From a bacterium (GTDB taxonomy: Bacteria > Bacteroidota > Ignavibacteria > UBA10030), in assembly GCA_043803945.1 (NCBI GenBank), contig JAZDJN010000016.1, positions 160,001-224,000 of the forward strand: a DNA stretch of 64,000 nt, in the 5' to 3' direction. How positions within the stretch are numbered: position 1 is the stretch's first letter; each line of letters opens with the position of its first letter. Under the pieces are notes generated by a model. The model saw nothing but the letters and a program-made list of their open reading frames with translations, did no database searches and was not told the DNA's origin. The position numbers and the translations under genes were made by a program. Of this stretch, positions 10,448-19,941 are shown piece after piece.

Positions 10448-11134
10448 ATGACCTACGACAGCACATTAGCCAGAATTATTGACCATACGTTGCTCAAGCC
10501 GGACGCGACACTCCGGCAGATCGATCAACTCTGTCAGGAAGCACTCGATTTTCAATTCGCCAGTGTCTGTATCAATCCCTGCTATATCAAGCAGAGTGCA
10601 ACAAGGCTCAAGGATTCCCAGGTAAAGGTTTGCACAGTGATAGGCTTCCCCCTCGGAGCGACATTAACAGAACAGAAGTCTTTCGAAACAACGCTTGCAA
10701 TTGCCCGGGGTGCAGAAGAAATCGATATGGTGATGAACATAGGGATGTTGAAATCCGGAGAATTCCAGTACGTGAAAAATGACATTCGCTCTGTCGTCCA
10801 GGTCGCTAAATCCTCTGGCGCTCTTGTTAAAGTAATTCTCGAAACCGCACTGCTCGATGAAGAAGAAAAGGCAAGAGCCTGCAGCCTCGCTCTCGAGGCC
10901 GGTGCCGATTTTGTGAAAACATCCACCGGTTTTGCCAAATCGGGAGCTACCACGGCTGATGTGAGACTCATGCGCTCAATTGTCGGTGATACGATGGGCG
11001 TGAAAGCTTCAGGAGGAATCAAAACGTATCAAGACGCTGTTGCGATGGTTCAGAGCGGTGCAAATCGACTCGGTACAAGTTCCGGTATTGTCATCGTTAC
11101 CGGTGGTACTATGGCACAATCACCCGCGTACTAA
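10448..11134 (+). CDS. deoC: Deoxyribose-phosphate aldolase
   Basis: IDHTLLKP, VIGFPLG, EIDMV, FVKTSTGF, VKASGGI, RLGTS. Confidence 0.97.
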   Translation: MTYDSTLARIIDHTLLKPDATLRQIDQLCQEALDFQFASVCINPCYIKQSATRLKDSQVKVCTVIGFPLGATLTEQKSFETTLAIARGAEEIDMVMNIGMLKSGEFQYVKNDIRSVVQVAKSSGALVKVILETALLDEEEKARACSLALEAGADFVKTSTGFAKSGATTADVRLMRSIVGDTMGVKASGGIKTYQDAVAMVQSGANRLGTSSGIVIVTGGTMAQSPAY

Positions 11135-11141
11135 TTCCCTG

Positions 11142-11684
11142 ATGAGCATGAGAAACTTCCCCATCCTTTTTACTCTCATTCTCGTCGGCCTTGGCTGCCT
11201 TCTTTCGTCTTGCATGACAACAGAAGAGGCAGGCAAATCGCTTCCTGTCGCTTCCTCCCTTCAGGCAAAAATTGATTCTGCACGGATTGCGGCAGTCGCC
11301 GATTCTCTTGCACGAACCGATTCCATCCGGTCACGAAAACTCGGATTCGACGCCCGACAGGATACGATCAGCGTTTCAACGACAACGAAATCAAAGAAAC
11401 CTCCCCGAAAAATCAAACCACTTCAAAAACCAGCAAATGCAGCATACACTGTTCAGGTTGGGGCATTTTCCCGCACCCAATTTGCTCTTAGGACCCAACA
11501 ACTTGCAAAAGAACGATATCCCGATCAAACGGTTTTCAATGATTTCGAACCCTATGACAAGCTCTATAGAGTCCGTGTGGGAAAATTTGTCTCTCGGACT
11601 GCAGCCGATTCCCTGCGAAGAATTATGAAAAGTACCTATCCAGCAGAGTACACAGAATGTTGGATCAATTACATAGCACAATGA
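11142..11684 (+). CDS. SPOR-domain lipoprotein
   Basis: Signal peptide with LSSC lipobox; C-terminal YTVQVGAF...YRVRVGKF SPOR repeat; start moved to ATG 11142 (or 11148). Confidence 0.85.
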   Translation: MSMRNFPILFTLILVGLGCLLSSCMTTEEAGKSLPVASSLQAKIDSARIAAVADSLARTDSIRSRKLGFDARQDTISVSTTTKSKKPPRKIKPLQKPANAAYTVQVGAFSRTQFALRTQQLAKERYPDQTVFNDFEPYDKLYRVRVGKFVSRTAADSLRRIMKSTYPAEYTECWINYIAQ

Positions 11685-12211
11685 AGTCAATCCCCTTTTT
11701 TCTGATCTGCACATTTCTCTTCCTCCTAACCGGTTGCACTTCAACAGAGTCCACTCGTTCTGAAGGAGACCGTACCTCCCTCCCTTCGATACCACCCGCT
11801 AAAGCAACCATTGCAGAGTATGAATTATTCTTTAATAACTCTGACTATTACATCGACCCGGAGAACATCTCCACAACGAAACGATCCTCCGGGCGTTCAC
11901 GAGCGGCATCGTTAAATGATAGTATCATCCTTCAGACGGATATCGCACCGGGATACAGAATTCAACTCTTTTCATCTGCCAACATCGATGAAGCAAATAC
12001 CATGAAAACCGTTGCAGTTGAGAAGATTGCTACCGATTCCGTTTACATCGTTTATGATCCCCCGATCTATAAGGTTAGGGTCGGCGATTTCAGGTCACGC
12101 GTTGAGGCAAACCAGACTCTGCGTGTGCTTATCGAAAAAGGATTTCCAGATTCATGGATTGTACCAGATCAGATTAATGTCCGACGTCAGGTGCGGGTGA
12201 AACAGCAATAG
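11681..12211 (+). CDS. SPOR-domain lipoprotein
   Basis: LTGC lipobox; GYRIQL...YKVRVGDF...GFPDSWIV; ATGA overlap with previous gene. Confidence 0.85.
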   Translation: MKSIPFFLICTFLFLLTGCTSTESTRSEGDRTSLPSIPPAKATIAEYELFFNNSDYYIDPENISTTKRSSGRSRAASLNDSIILQTDIAPGYRIQLFSSANIDEANTMKTVAVEKIATDSVYIVYDPPIYKVRVGDFRSRVEANQTLRVLIEKGFPDSWIVPDQINVRRQVRVKQQ

Positions 12212-12269
12212 CAGAACAGACGAGAATGGACTCATCAGTTCGTTTCCAATGGAAAGATGCTGTTGTTCG

Positions 12270-14087
12270 TTATGTGATATTTTGATACATCTTCTCGATC
12301 AGTGCTGCATACCGTTGCTCGACAACCTTCCTCTTTACTTTGAGTGTAGGTGTGATTTCACCCTTCTCGATGGTGAGTGACTGGGGAAGGAGTTCAAAAC
12401 GGCGAACACGTTCATACGTCGGAAGGTCTTTTTGTAAAAGCTGAATTTCCTTATCGAAGAGAACCCGTACTTCCTCTGACGCAACCAGGCTCTCGTCATC
12501 CTTCCAACGAATATTATAGGTTTGTGCATAGTCTTTGAGAATCTCAAACTCGGGAACAATAAGCGCAGTCAGAAACATTCTTCCGTCCCCGATCAAGACA
12601 AATTGATCAATGTACTTACTCTGCAGGAAAAGGCTTTCAATTGGTTGGGGAGCGATGTTCTTCCCTCCAGAGCTGACGAAGAGATGTTTTTTCCGATCCG
12701 TAATCATGAGATGCCCTTGCGGATCAAACATCCCTATATCACCGGTATGGAGCCATCCCTCCTTGTCGACCACCTCAGCGGTTGCTTTGGGATCGTTATA
12801 ATAGCCCTTCATCACATTGGGCCCTTTTGCAAGGATCTCACCATCATCGGCGATCTTGATCTCCACACCCGGGATTGGTTTTCCAACGGTTCCAAACTTA
12901 TAGTCGTCAAGCCGGTTACAGGTCAAAACCGGCGATGTTTCTGTCAGGCCATATCCTTCGACTATTGTGATACCGACTGCTTCGAAGAATTCGCCTAATT
13001 CCTTCGACAGTGCAGCGCCGCCTGAGACAAAGAACTTCATTCGTCCCCCCATTCTCTCTTGCAATTTTGAGAAAACGAGCTTGGTCGCCACCGAGTGTTG
13101 AAAGGCCAACGAGGTTGTGAGTGATCCGGTTTTTCGTGCTTGAACATATTCACGCCCGACTTTTACTCCCCAATGAAAGATCCTTCTTCTAAGAGGCGGG
13201 CTAGTGTCAAGCTGTTTCATCATGCGATTATAAATCCGCTCAAATAATCGAGGCACCGTCGTGACGATGGTTGGATGAACCTCAAGTAGATTATCACGGA
13301 CAGTATCCGCACTTTCTGCATACGCCACACTGGCACCACACGCTAACGCGGTGTAGTATCCGGCCATACGCTCAAACGAGTGGCACAGGGGAAGGAATGA
13401 GAGGAGCGTATCGCTTTCGGTAATGGGAATCACCGACGCAGCAGCGTTAATATTAGAAACAAGATTCTTCTGCGTCAGCATGACACCTTTGGGGTTCCCA
13501 GTTGTCCCTGATGTATAGATGATGGTGAGCAGTTCGTGTGGCTTAGTCTGCCGTATGGAATCTCTGAGAAACGAAGAATTCTGTTTCTCAAATTCTTTTC
13601 CCTTCGCAGTGACTTCTGAAAATCTTAAGGCCTGGCGATCGTGATACTCTCCCTTCTCGTTCATCACGATCGTACGTTCAAGAGTCTTTACCTCTTGCTT
13701 GATCTTTCGAACCTTCGCATGCTGATTTACATTGGAGACAATAGCGATCTTGACTTCTGCATCATTGAAAATGAATTCGATTTGTTTTGGAGTGAGCGTT
13801 GGATAAATTGGAACGCTGACAGCACCAAGGCATGCAATGGCCATATCAGCGATAATCCATTCCGGCCGATTTTCCGCGATGATCGCTACTCGATCGCTTC
13901 TATGAACTCCTAAGGAGGCAAGCCCGTTGGCAAGGAGTTCAACACTTCTCCGGAAATCAGCGTAGGAGAATTCCTTGTATTGTCTCTCGACTTTATAGAG
14001 CAGCATCGGACGACGCTCGGTCGCATACTTCAACATCAAGCGATCAAACAACCCTGGAATCGTTTCAAAGTCGATGACAGCCGCCAT
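12270..14087 (-). CDS. Long-chain fatty acid--CoA ligase
   Basis: IYTSGTTGNPKG, EGYGLTETS, WLHTGDIG, ITDRKK, TPTLKVKR. Confidence 0.95.
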   Translation of the reverse strand: MAAVIDFETIPGLFDRLMLKYATERRPMLLYKVERQYKEFSYADFRRSVELLANGLASLGVHRSDRVAIIAENRPEWIIADMAIACLGAVSVPIYPTLTPKQIEFIFNDAEVKIAIVSNVNQHAKVRKIKQEVKTLERTIVMNEKGEYHDRQALRFSEVTAKGKEFEKQNSSFLRDSIRQTKPHELLTIIYTSGTTGNPKGVMLTQKNLVSNINAAASVIPITESDTLLSFLPLCHSFERMAGYYTALACGASVAYAESADTVRDNLLEVHPTIVTTVPRLFERIYNRMMKQLDTSPPLRRRIFHWGVKVGREYVQARKTGSLTTSLAFQHSVATKLVFSKLQERMGGRMKFFVSGGAALSKELGEFFEAVGITIVEGYGLTETSPVLTCNRLDDYKFGTVGKPIPGVEIKIADDGEILAKGPNVMKGYYNDPKATAEVVDKEGWLHTGDIGMFDPQGHLMITDRKKHLFVSSGGKNIAPQPIESLFLQSKYIDQFVLIGDGRMFLTALIVPEFEILKDYAQTYNIRWKDDESLVASEEVRVLFDKEIQLLQKDLPTYERVRRFELLPQSLTIEKGEITPTLKVKRKVVEQRYAALIEKMYQNIT

Positions 14088-14389
14088 TGTTCATTCTCCA
14101 GGTGAATTGATGCAACATCGACATCGTGACGAATTAATTACGCAAACGCTTGAGAGAGAATCAAGGAGAAACTCGATGAGGAATCTTCTACCGGAAAAGT
14201 TAGTTCCAACGTACATACTGTTCTTGTTAGCAACCCTTGCATTCAGCTTTCATAGAGTGCTCTGACATTCATACTTGATATTCCATTATCCGATCATAGA
14301 TTGAAGGAGCAAGAAAGAGATGAGCGCGTCGATTCCTTCGCTTATGTCAAGTTAAATTATTAAGAAAAAAAAGGTGTTTAACTTTTAAC

Positions 14390-14418
14390 TTGACAAATCT
14401 GCCGCAACCGCTTATATT
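14390..14418 (+). promoter_or_regulatory. nrdJ promoter TTGACA-N17-TATATT
   Basis: Perfect -35 at 14390-14395, 17-bp spacer, TATATT at 14413-14418, A/T-rich tract upstream. Confidence 0.8.
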
Positions 14419-14424
14419 GACACC

Positions 14425-14667
14425 CAGTTGCGCCAGCACATTACTCGACATGGTACTCAACTTCCCCCCACGTTGGCCTTGCTGGAAATGCGCTTTAGGC
14501 AAAATAGGCCAATGATTCAGCACCTAGGGCAAACCCTAATTTTCGGAACATAGTCTATTGCTCTATCGACGTACCCTTGAGTATGGGGGTCACTTCGGTG
14601 ATGATATTTTTTTCTCAATACTTGACATCACAATTGTTTGGCGAACGTAAGAAGAAGGAGTAGTTTT
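14425..14667 (+). promoter_or_regulatory. Long structured 5' leader of nrdJ (candidate cis-regulatory RNA)
   Basis: Several hairpins including a cUUCGg tetraloop followed by a T7 tract, plus long-range complementarities; family not identified. Confidence 0.4.
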
Positions 14668-17421
14668 ATGGTTGAAAAAGAAGTTGTGCGGAGTTCGGTT
14701 GCAATCGAGCAAACTGAGACATCCGCTGAACAACGAGGATTACGATTTCACCGGCATTTTACCAAACCGGGGATCCATCCTTTTGATGAGATAGAATGGG
14801 AGCTTCGCACTGCCATTATATCTAATGAAAAGGGTGAAAAAATCTTCGAGCAAAAGGATGTCGAAATCCCAAAATCGTGGTCGATGACAGCCACCAATGT
14901 TGTCGTATCAAAATACTTCCATGGCACTCTGAACACACTGAATCGAGAACGGAGTGTGAAACAACTCATCGAACGTGTCTCACGGACGATGTTTAAATGG
15001 GGACTCAATACCGGTTACTTTGCATCTCAGGAAGATGCAGAAATCTTTTATCAGGAACTTACATACCTCCTCGTCAACCAGTACATATCATTCAACAGCC
15101 CCGTCTGGTTCAATGTCGGCAATGAAGAACGCCCGCAATGTTCCGCATGCTTCATCAATTCTGTCAAAGATTCGATGGAATCAATTTTGAACCTGGCAAA
15201 AATCGAAGGAATGCTCTTTAAATGGGGATCGGGAACAGGATCAAATCTCTCCACCCTTCGCTCATCGAAAGAGAATCTTGCTGGCGGCGGTACAGCGTCA
15301 GGCCCTGTTTCCTTCATGAAGGGGTACGATGCATTTGCTGGCATTATTAAATCCGGAGGGAAAACCCGTCGCGCAGCGAAGATGGTTATCATAAACGCCG
15401 ATCATCCCGACATCGAGGCATTCATCAATTGCAAAGCCGATGAAGAGAAAAAAGCATGGGCACTCATCGACGCTGGCTTTAATGGTGGATTCAATGTCCC
15501 CGGTGGAGCGTACGATTCTATCGCCTATCAGAATGCGAACCACTCTGTCCGGATCACCGATGATTTTATGAAGGCTGTGCTTGAAGATAAAGAGTGGTGG
15601 ACCAAGACTGTGACAACAGGAACTCCTGCAGAAAAATACCGGGCCCGTGATCTCATGCGCCAAATTGCCGAAGCAGCCTGGGTCTGCGGTGATCCTGGAA
15701 TGCAATATCATACCACAATCAACAACTGGCACACCTGCCCGAATACGGCACCCATTAACGCATCGAATCCATGCAGCGAATACATGTTTCTTGATGACAG
15801 TGCCTGCAATCTGGCATCCTTAAATCTTATGAAATTCCGTCACCCGGATGGAGAGTTTGACATCGATGCATTCCGCAAGGCTGTCCAGATTACAATCACA
15901 GCGATGGAAATCGAAGTTGATAACGCCAGTTATCCTACCCCGGCAATCGAAAAGAATAGCCACGACTATCGCCCCTTGGGTCTTGGGTATGCAAATCTCG
16001 GAGCGTTGTTGATGGCACGGGGTCTTGCGTATGACAGCGATGAGGGACGTGCTTTCTCAGCGGCGATCACATCATTGATGAGCGGCGAAGCATATAAGCA
16101 ATCTACGCTGATTGCAAAAGAGAAGGGAACGTTCACCGGTTATGCCAATAATCGGGAGCCGATGCTTAATGTGATGCAGAAGCATGGAATTCACGCAGGA
16201 CGAATTAACCATGATCTCATCCAGATAGATCTCTGGGACGCATCGGTTAATGTCTGGAACGATGTAGTCAAACTGGGAAAACAATATGGCATTCGAAATT
16301 CCCAGACCACTGTACTCGCTCCCACCGGAACCATCGGATTCATGATGGATTGCGATACGACCGGTGTCGAACCCGACATTGCACTCGTCAAGTATAAGAA
16401 ACTCGTCGGCGGCGGTTTGATGAAAATCGTGAATCAAACAGTTCCAGAAGCTCTTGCAAAACTCGGGTACGATACCGAACAAGTCGAGCATATCATTGCC
16501 TATATCGACAAGCATGAAACAATTGAAGGAGCTCCACACCTGCAGGAGAGCCATCTCTCTGTTTTCGATTGTGCCTTCAAACCGGCAAATGGAAACCGGA
16601 CCATTCACTATATGGGCCACATTAAAATGATGGCTGCCGTTCAACCATTCCTCTCCGGTGCTATTTCCAAAACTGTGAATATGCCCCCCGAAGTCACAGT
16701 GGATGATATCATGCAGGCATACTCGGAAGCGTGGCGCCTCGGACTCAAAGCGATCGCGGTCTATCGGGATGGCTGCAAGCGTACTCAACCGTTAAGCACA
16801 AAGCTTGAAACCAGAGAGCAGGAACGGTCAAAACCTTATCCCATACGCAAGCGATTACCCGACGAACGACAATCGATCACACACAAATTTAGTATTGCCG
16901 GCCACGAAGGGTATATTACCGTTGGCATGTTTGAAGATGGACAACCCGGTGAAGTATTCATAACGATGTCGAAAGAAGGCTCTACAATTTCTGGATTGAT
17001 GGACTCTTTCGCCACGTCAATCTCCATCGCGTTGCAGTACGGTGTACCGTTGAAAGTTCTTACCGATAAATTCAGCCACGCACGCTATGAACCATCAGGC
17101 TTCACGAATAATCCGGAAATCCCCATTGCAAAATCCATTAGCGACTATATTTTCCGGTGGCTCGGATTGAAATTCCTGACAGGGGAAGATGCCCCTTCCT
17201 CCGTGGAACCCCCCGCAGATGGGATGCTGCTTTCCCGTTCGACTGCGAAGCAAAAAAACGAAACCCGCTTAAGGACTTCCTCTTCTGTTGAGCGGAACGA
17301 GAAAGTGGTTTTTCAAACACAATCTGATGCCCCACCCTGTCAAGAATGCGGAAGTATCATGATCCGCAGCGGTAGCTGTTATAAATGCCTGCAGTGTGGT
17401 TCAACGTCGGGCTGTTCATAG
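14668..17421 (+). CDS. nrdJ: Class II (adenosylcobalamin-dependent) ribonucleotide reductase with TSCPD domain and C-terminal Zn ribbon
   Basis: FNSPVWFN, QCSACFI, SNPCSEY, APTGTI, GAISKTVN, YRDG, C-terminal CxxC..CxxC; ATG 14668 after AAGGAG. Confidence 0.96.
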   Translation: MVEKEVVRSSVAIEQTETSAEQRGLRFHRHFTKPGIHPFDEIEWELRTAIISNEKGEKIFEQKDVEIPKSWSMTATNVVVSKYFHGTLNTLNRERSVKQLIERVSRTMFKWGLNTGYFASQEDAEIFYQELTYLLVNQYISFNSPVWFNVGNEERPQCSACFINSVKDSMESILNLAKIEGMLFKWGSGTGSNLSTLRSSKENLAGGGTASGPVSFMKGYDAFAGIIKSGGKTRRAAKMVIINADHPDIEAFINCKADEEKKAWALIDAGFNGGFNVPGGAYDSIAYQNANHSVRITDDFMKAVLEDKEWWTKTVTTGTPAEKYRARDLMRQIAEAAWVCGDPGMQYHTTINNWHTCPNTAPINASNPCSEYMFLDDSACNLASLNLMKFRHPDGEFDIDAFRKAVQITITAMEIEVDNASYPTPAIEKNSHDYRPLGLGYANLGALLMARGLAYDSDEGRAFSAAITSLMSGEAYKQSTLIAKEKGTFTGYANNREPMLNVMQKHGIHAGRINHDLIQIDLWDASVNVWNDVVKLGKQYGIRNSQTTVLAPTGTIGFMMDCDTTGVEPDIALVKYKKLVGGGLMKIVNQTVPEALAKLGYDTEQVEHIIAYIDKHETIEGAPHLQESHLSVFDCAFKPANGNRTIHYMGHIKMMAAVQPFLSGAISKTVNMPPEVTVDDIMQAYSEAWRLGLKAIAVYRDGCKRTQPLSTKLETREQERSKPYPIRKRLPDERQSITHKFSIAGHEGYITVGMFEDGQPGEVFITMSKEGSTISGLMDSFATSISIALQYGVPLKVLTDKFSHARYEPSGFTNNPEIPIAKSISDYIFRWLGLKFLTGEDAPSSVEPPADGMLLSRSTAKQKNETRLRTSSSVERNEKVVFQTQSDAPPCQECGSIMIRSGSCYKCLQCGSTSGCS

Positions 17422-17446
17422 CAGCTTACGACCGATCTCTTTAAAC

Positions 17447-17483
17447 ACGGCACATCAGCACTTCTGGTGTGCCGTTTCATTTT
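17447..17483 (+). terminator. Rho-independent terminator after nrdJ
   Basis: ACGGCACATCAG/CTGGTGTGCCGT stem (one G-U pair) followed by TTCATTTT. Confidence 0.75.
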
Positions 17484-17506
17484 CGCCAAAATAAGGAATC
17501 CTGCAG

Positions 17507-18730
17507 ATGCGGCGTACCCTCTTCCCCATCCCCATCTTCCTTTTTCTTCTCATAATTCCAGACCACTTTCTTCAGGCACAAAATACTCCACAAGAAAAAG
17601 CATTACGCGATAAAGCAGAGAAACTTGCCAGGCAGGTTCTCTTGATCGATACTCATATTGATGTTCCCTATCGATTGAAAGAAAAGTGGGAGGATATTTC
17701 CCAGAGAACGCAAGGGGGAAATTTCGACTACGAACGGGCAAAACTGGGTGGATTGAAAGTTCCATTTTTCTCAATCTATGTCTCAAGTGCAACGGAATTC
17801 GTTAATGCAAATCCATTGGCAGATTCGCTCATCGACTTGGTAGAAAACGTCGCCAAACTCTGGCCTGATAAATTTGCTCTGGCGCATTCGACAAGCGATG
17901 TTCTCAAATTGACGAAGCAGGGATTGATTGCTCTTTGCCTTGGGATGGAGAATGGAGCCCCAATCAATCATGACCTCTCAACGCTTACACATTTCTATAA
18001 GCGGGGTATCCGTTATATCACGCTCACCCATGGCAAAGATAATCACATCAGCGATTCATCGTACGATTCAACAAGAACCTGGCATGGTCTCAGCTTCTTT
18101 GGGAGGCATGTAGTTACAGAGATGAACCGGCTGGGAATCATGGTCGATATTTCCCATCTCTCCGATGATGCTTTCTATGAGGTGATGAGAATTACAAAAG
18201 CACCGGTTATTGCTTCACATTCCTCCTGCAGAGTCTTTACTCCCGGATTTGAACGAAACCTGAGTGATGAGATGATACGACTAATCGCGCAGAATGGCGG
18301 TGCCGTCATGGTTAATTTTGGTTCCTCCTTCCTCAATGGTGAATATCAGAAGAAGGAATCTGAAATCTGGAACTATCTTGACGCTCACAAACTGCAATCC
18401 GGAGATCCTGAAGCACAGCGCTTTATTCAAGAATTCACCAAGCGCAATCCGCTTCCTAAAGTAACAGTGGCCGATGCCGCAAACCATATCGATCATATCA
18501 TCTCACTCGTCGGAGATGACTATGTCGGATTTGGCTCAGACTTCGATGGTGTTGGCGATACCTTACCTGATGGTTTAAAAGATGTCAGCCAATACACCAA
18601 CCTCATGTATGAATTATTGAAAAAAGGATATTCCGACGCACGCATAAAAAAAATCTGCGGAGAAAATCTCATGCGCGTTTGGAAAGAGGTTGAACTGAGA
18701 AGCAGTACCCTGCAACACCAGAGTCCGTAA
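17507..18730 (+). CDS. Exported M19-family membrane dipeptidase
   Basis: Signal peptide; IDTHID, GMENG, MVDISHLS, ASHSS, GSDFDG, GENLMRV. Confidence 0.93.
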   Translation: MRRTLFPIPIFLFLLIIPDHFLQAQNTPQEKALRDKAEKLARQVLLIDTHIDVPYRLKEKWEDISQRTQGGNFDYERAKLGGLKVPFFSIYVSSATEFVNANPLADSLIDLVENVAKLWPDKFALAHSTSDVLKLTKQGLIALCLGMENGAPINHDLSTLTHFYKRGIRYITLTHGKDNHISDSSYDSTRTWHGLSFFGRHVVTEMNRLGIMVDISHLSDDAFYEVMRITKAPVIASHSSCRVFTPGFERNLSDEMIRLIAQNGGAVMVNFGSSFLNGEYQKKESEIWNYLDAHKLQSGDPEAQRFIQEFTKRNPLPKVTVADAANHIDHIISLVGDDYVGFGSDFDGVGDTLPDGLKDVSQYTNLMYELLKKGYSDARIKKICGENLMRVWKEVELRSSTLQHQSP

Positions 18731-18774
18731 TAATCACGAGGCTATTCCTCACATCTATCAAGGAGAGGACCAAG

Positions 18775-19905
18775 ATGAAATTTTGCACTCTTCTTATTCT
18801 CTTTACGTTCCAACTTCTTTGCGGACAGGAGGAACAGCGCGTCCGCCTCAGAGAGCTTGGCTGCACCGTCGGCATATTCAAGCCAGGCCCATCGAATGCA
18901 ATCACTGATGTTGACGATGTTCGCGTAGGGCATGTCACATTGCAGAAGGGCGATCAAGTACACACCGGAGTAACGGTAATCCTCCCGCATGCAGAAAATC
19001 TCTACCAGGAAAAAGTGCCAGCAGCCATCGTTGTGGGCAACGGTTTCGGAAAATTGATCGGAGTAACTCAGGTACAAGAACTCGGTCAAATCGAAACTCC
19101 GATTGTGCTCACCAATACCCTGAGTGTGTGGGAGGCAGCAAATGGCATTGTTGACTACATGCTTTCACTGCCGGGGAATGAGAAGGTTCGATCGATCAAT
19201 CCGATCGTCGGCGAAACAAACGATGGAGGACTCAACGACATTCGCAGCCGCTATGTAACCCGTGAGCATGTTCTCCAGGCAATCCGTTCCGCACAGCGTG
19301 GGATTGTCGAGGAAGGGAGTGTCGGTGCAGGAACCGGGACAATTTGCTTTGGGTGGAAGGGAGGTATTGGCACGAGCTCGCGCCTCCTCCCCACCACACT
19401 TGGAAACTACACTGTAGGAGTGCTCGTTCAGACAAACTTCGGCGGTGTGCTCGATCTCTGTGGTGTCCCCATCGGAAAAGCATTAGGCCAATACAGCTTC
19501 AAGGAACATCTTAACGCTCCGGGTGACGGATCCTGCATGATCGTTGTCGCTACAGATGCGCCATTGAACACACACCAATTGAATCGAGTCGCGACGCGAG
19601 CAACACTTGCTCTCGGGCGCACAGGTTCATCGATGAGTAATGGAAGCGGCGACTATGTCATCGCATTTGCAACTCACAAGTTAGTACGAATTCGAGCGGC
19701 CAATAGATCCACTCAACAGGTACCCCGGATGAGTGAGGACGATCTCTCGCCACTATTCCAGGCAACTGTAGAGGCGACCGAGGAAGCGATATACAACTCG
19801 CTCTTGAAGGCTACAACTGTGCATGGAATCAATGGAAGGCGTGTTGATGCACTCCCGCTGAAAGAGGTGAAAGTACTTCTCAAACGCTATGGAAGGATTC
19901 AATAA
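18775..19905 (+). CDS. DmpA/P1-family (S58) aminopeptidase
   Basis: NAITDV..VRVGH, NGFGKLIG, PIVLTNT, GAGTG, KGGIGTSSR, GDGS autocleavage site, NGSGDY. Confidence 0.93.
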   Translation: MKFCTLLILFTFQLLCGQEEQRVRLRELGCTVGIFKPGPSNAITDVDDVRVGHVTLQKGDQVHTGVTVILPHAENLYQEKVPAAIVVGNGFGKLIGVTQVQELGQIETPIVLTNTLSVWEAANGIVDYMLSLPGNEKVRSINPIVGETNDGGLNDIRSRYVTREHVLQAIRSAQRGIVEEGSVGAGTGTICFGWKGGIGTSSRLLPTTLGNYTVGVLVQTNFGGVLDLCGVPIGKALGQYSFKEHLNAPGDGSCMIVVATDAPLNTHQLNRVATRATLALGRTGSSMSNGSGDYVIAFATHKLVRIRAANRSTQQVPRMSEDDLSPLFQATVEATEEAIYNSLLKATTVHGINGRRVDALPLKEVKVLLKRYGRIQ

Positions 19906-19941
19906 GTAAGTGGCATTGGAATTGAAGCTTGCACATTTCAA

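Noticed and set aside
14521-14580. GGGCAAACC resembling the c-di-GMP-I riboswitch
   Set aside because: The following GAAA tetraloop and GACGCAAA elements are absent
16072-16788. 238-aa antisense ORF inside nrdJ
   Set aside because: Shadow of a conserved gene; no motif or RBS
14668-17421. Intein or intron in nrdJ
   Set aside because: Length and motif spacing are normal; no splicing or homing-endonuclease motifs
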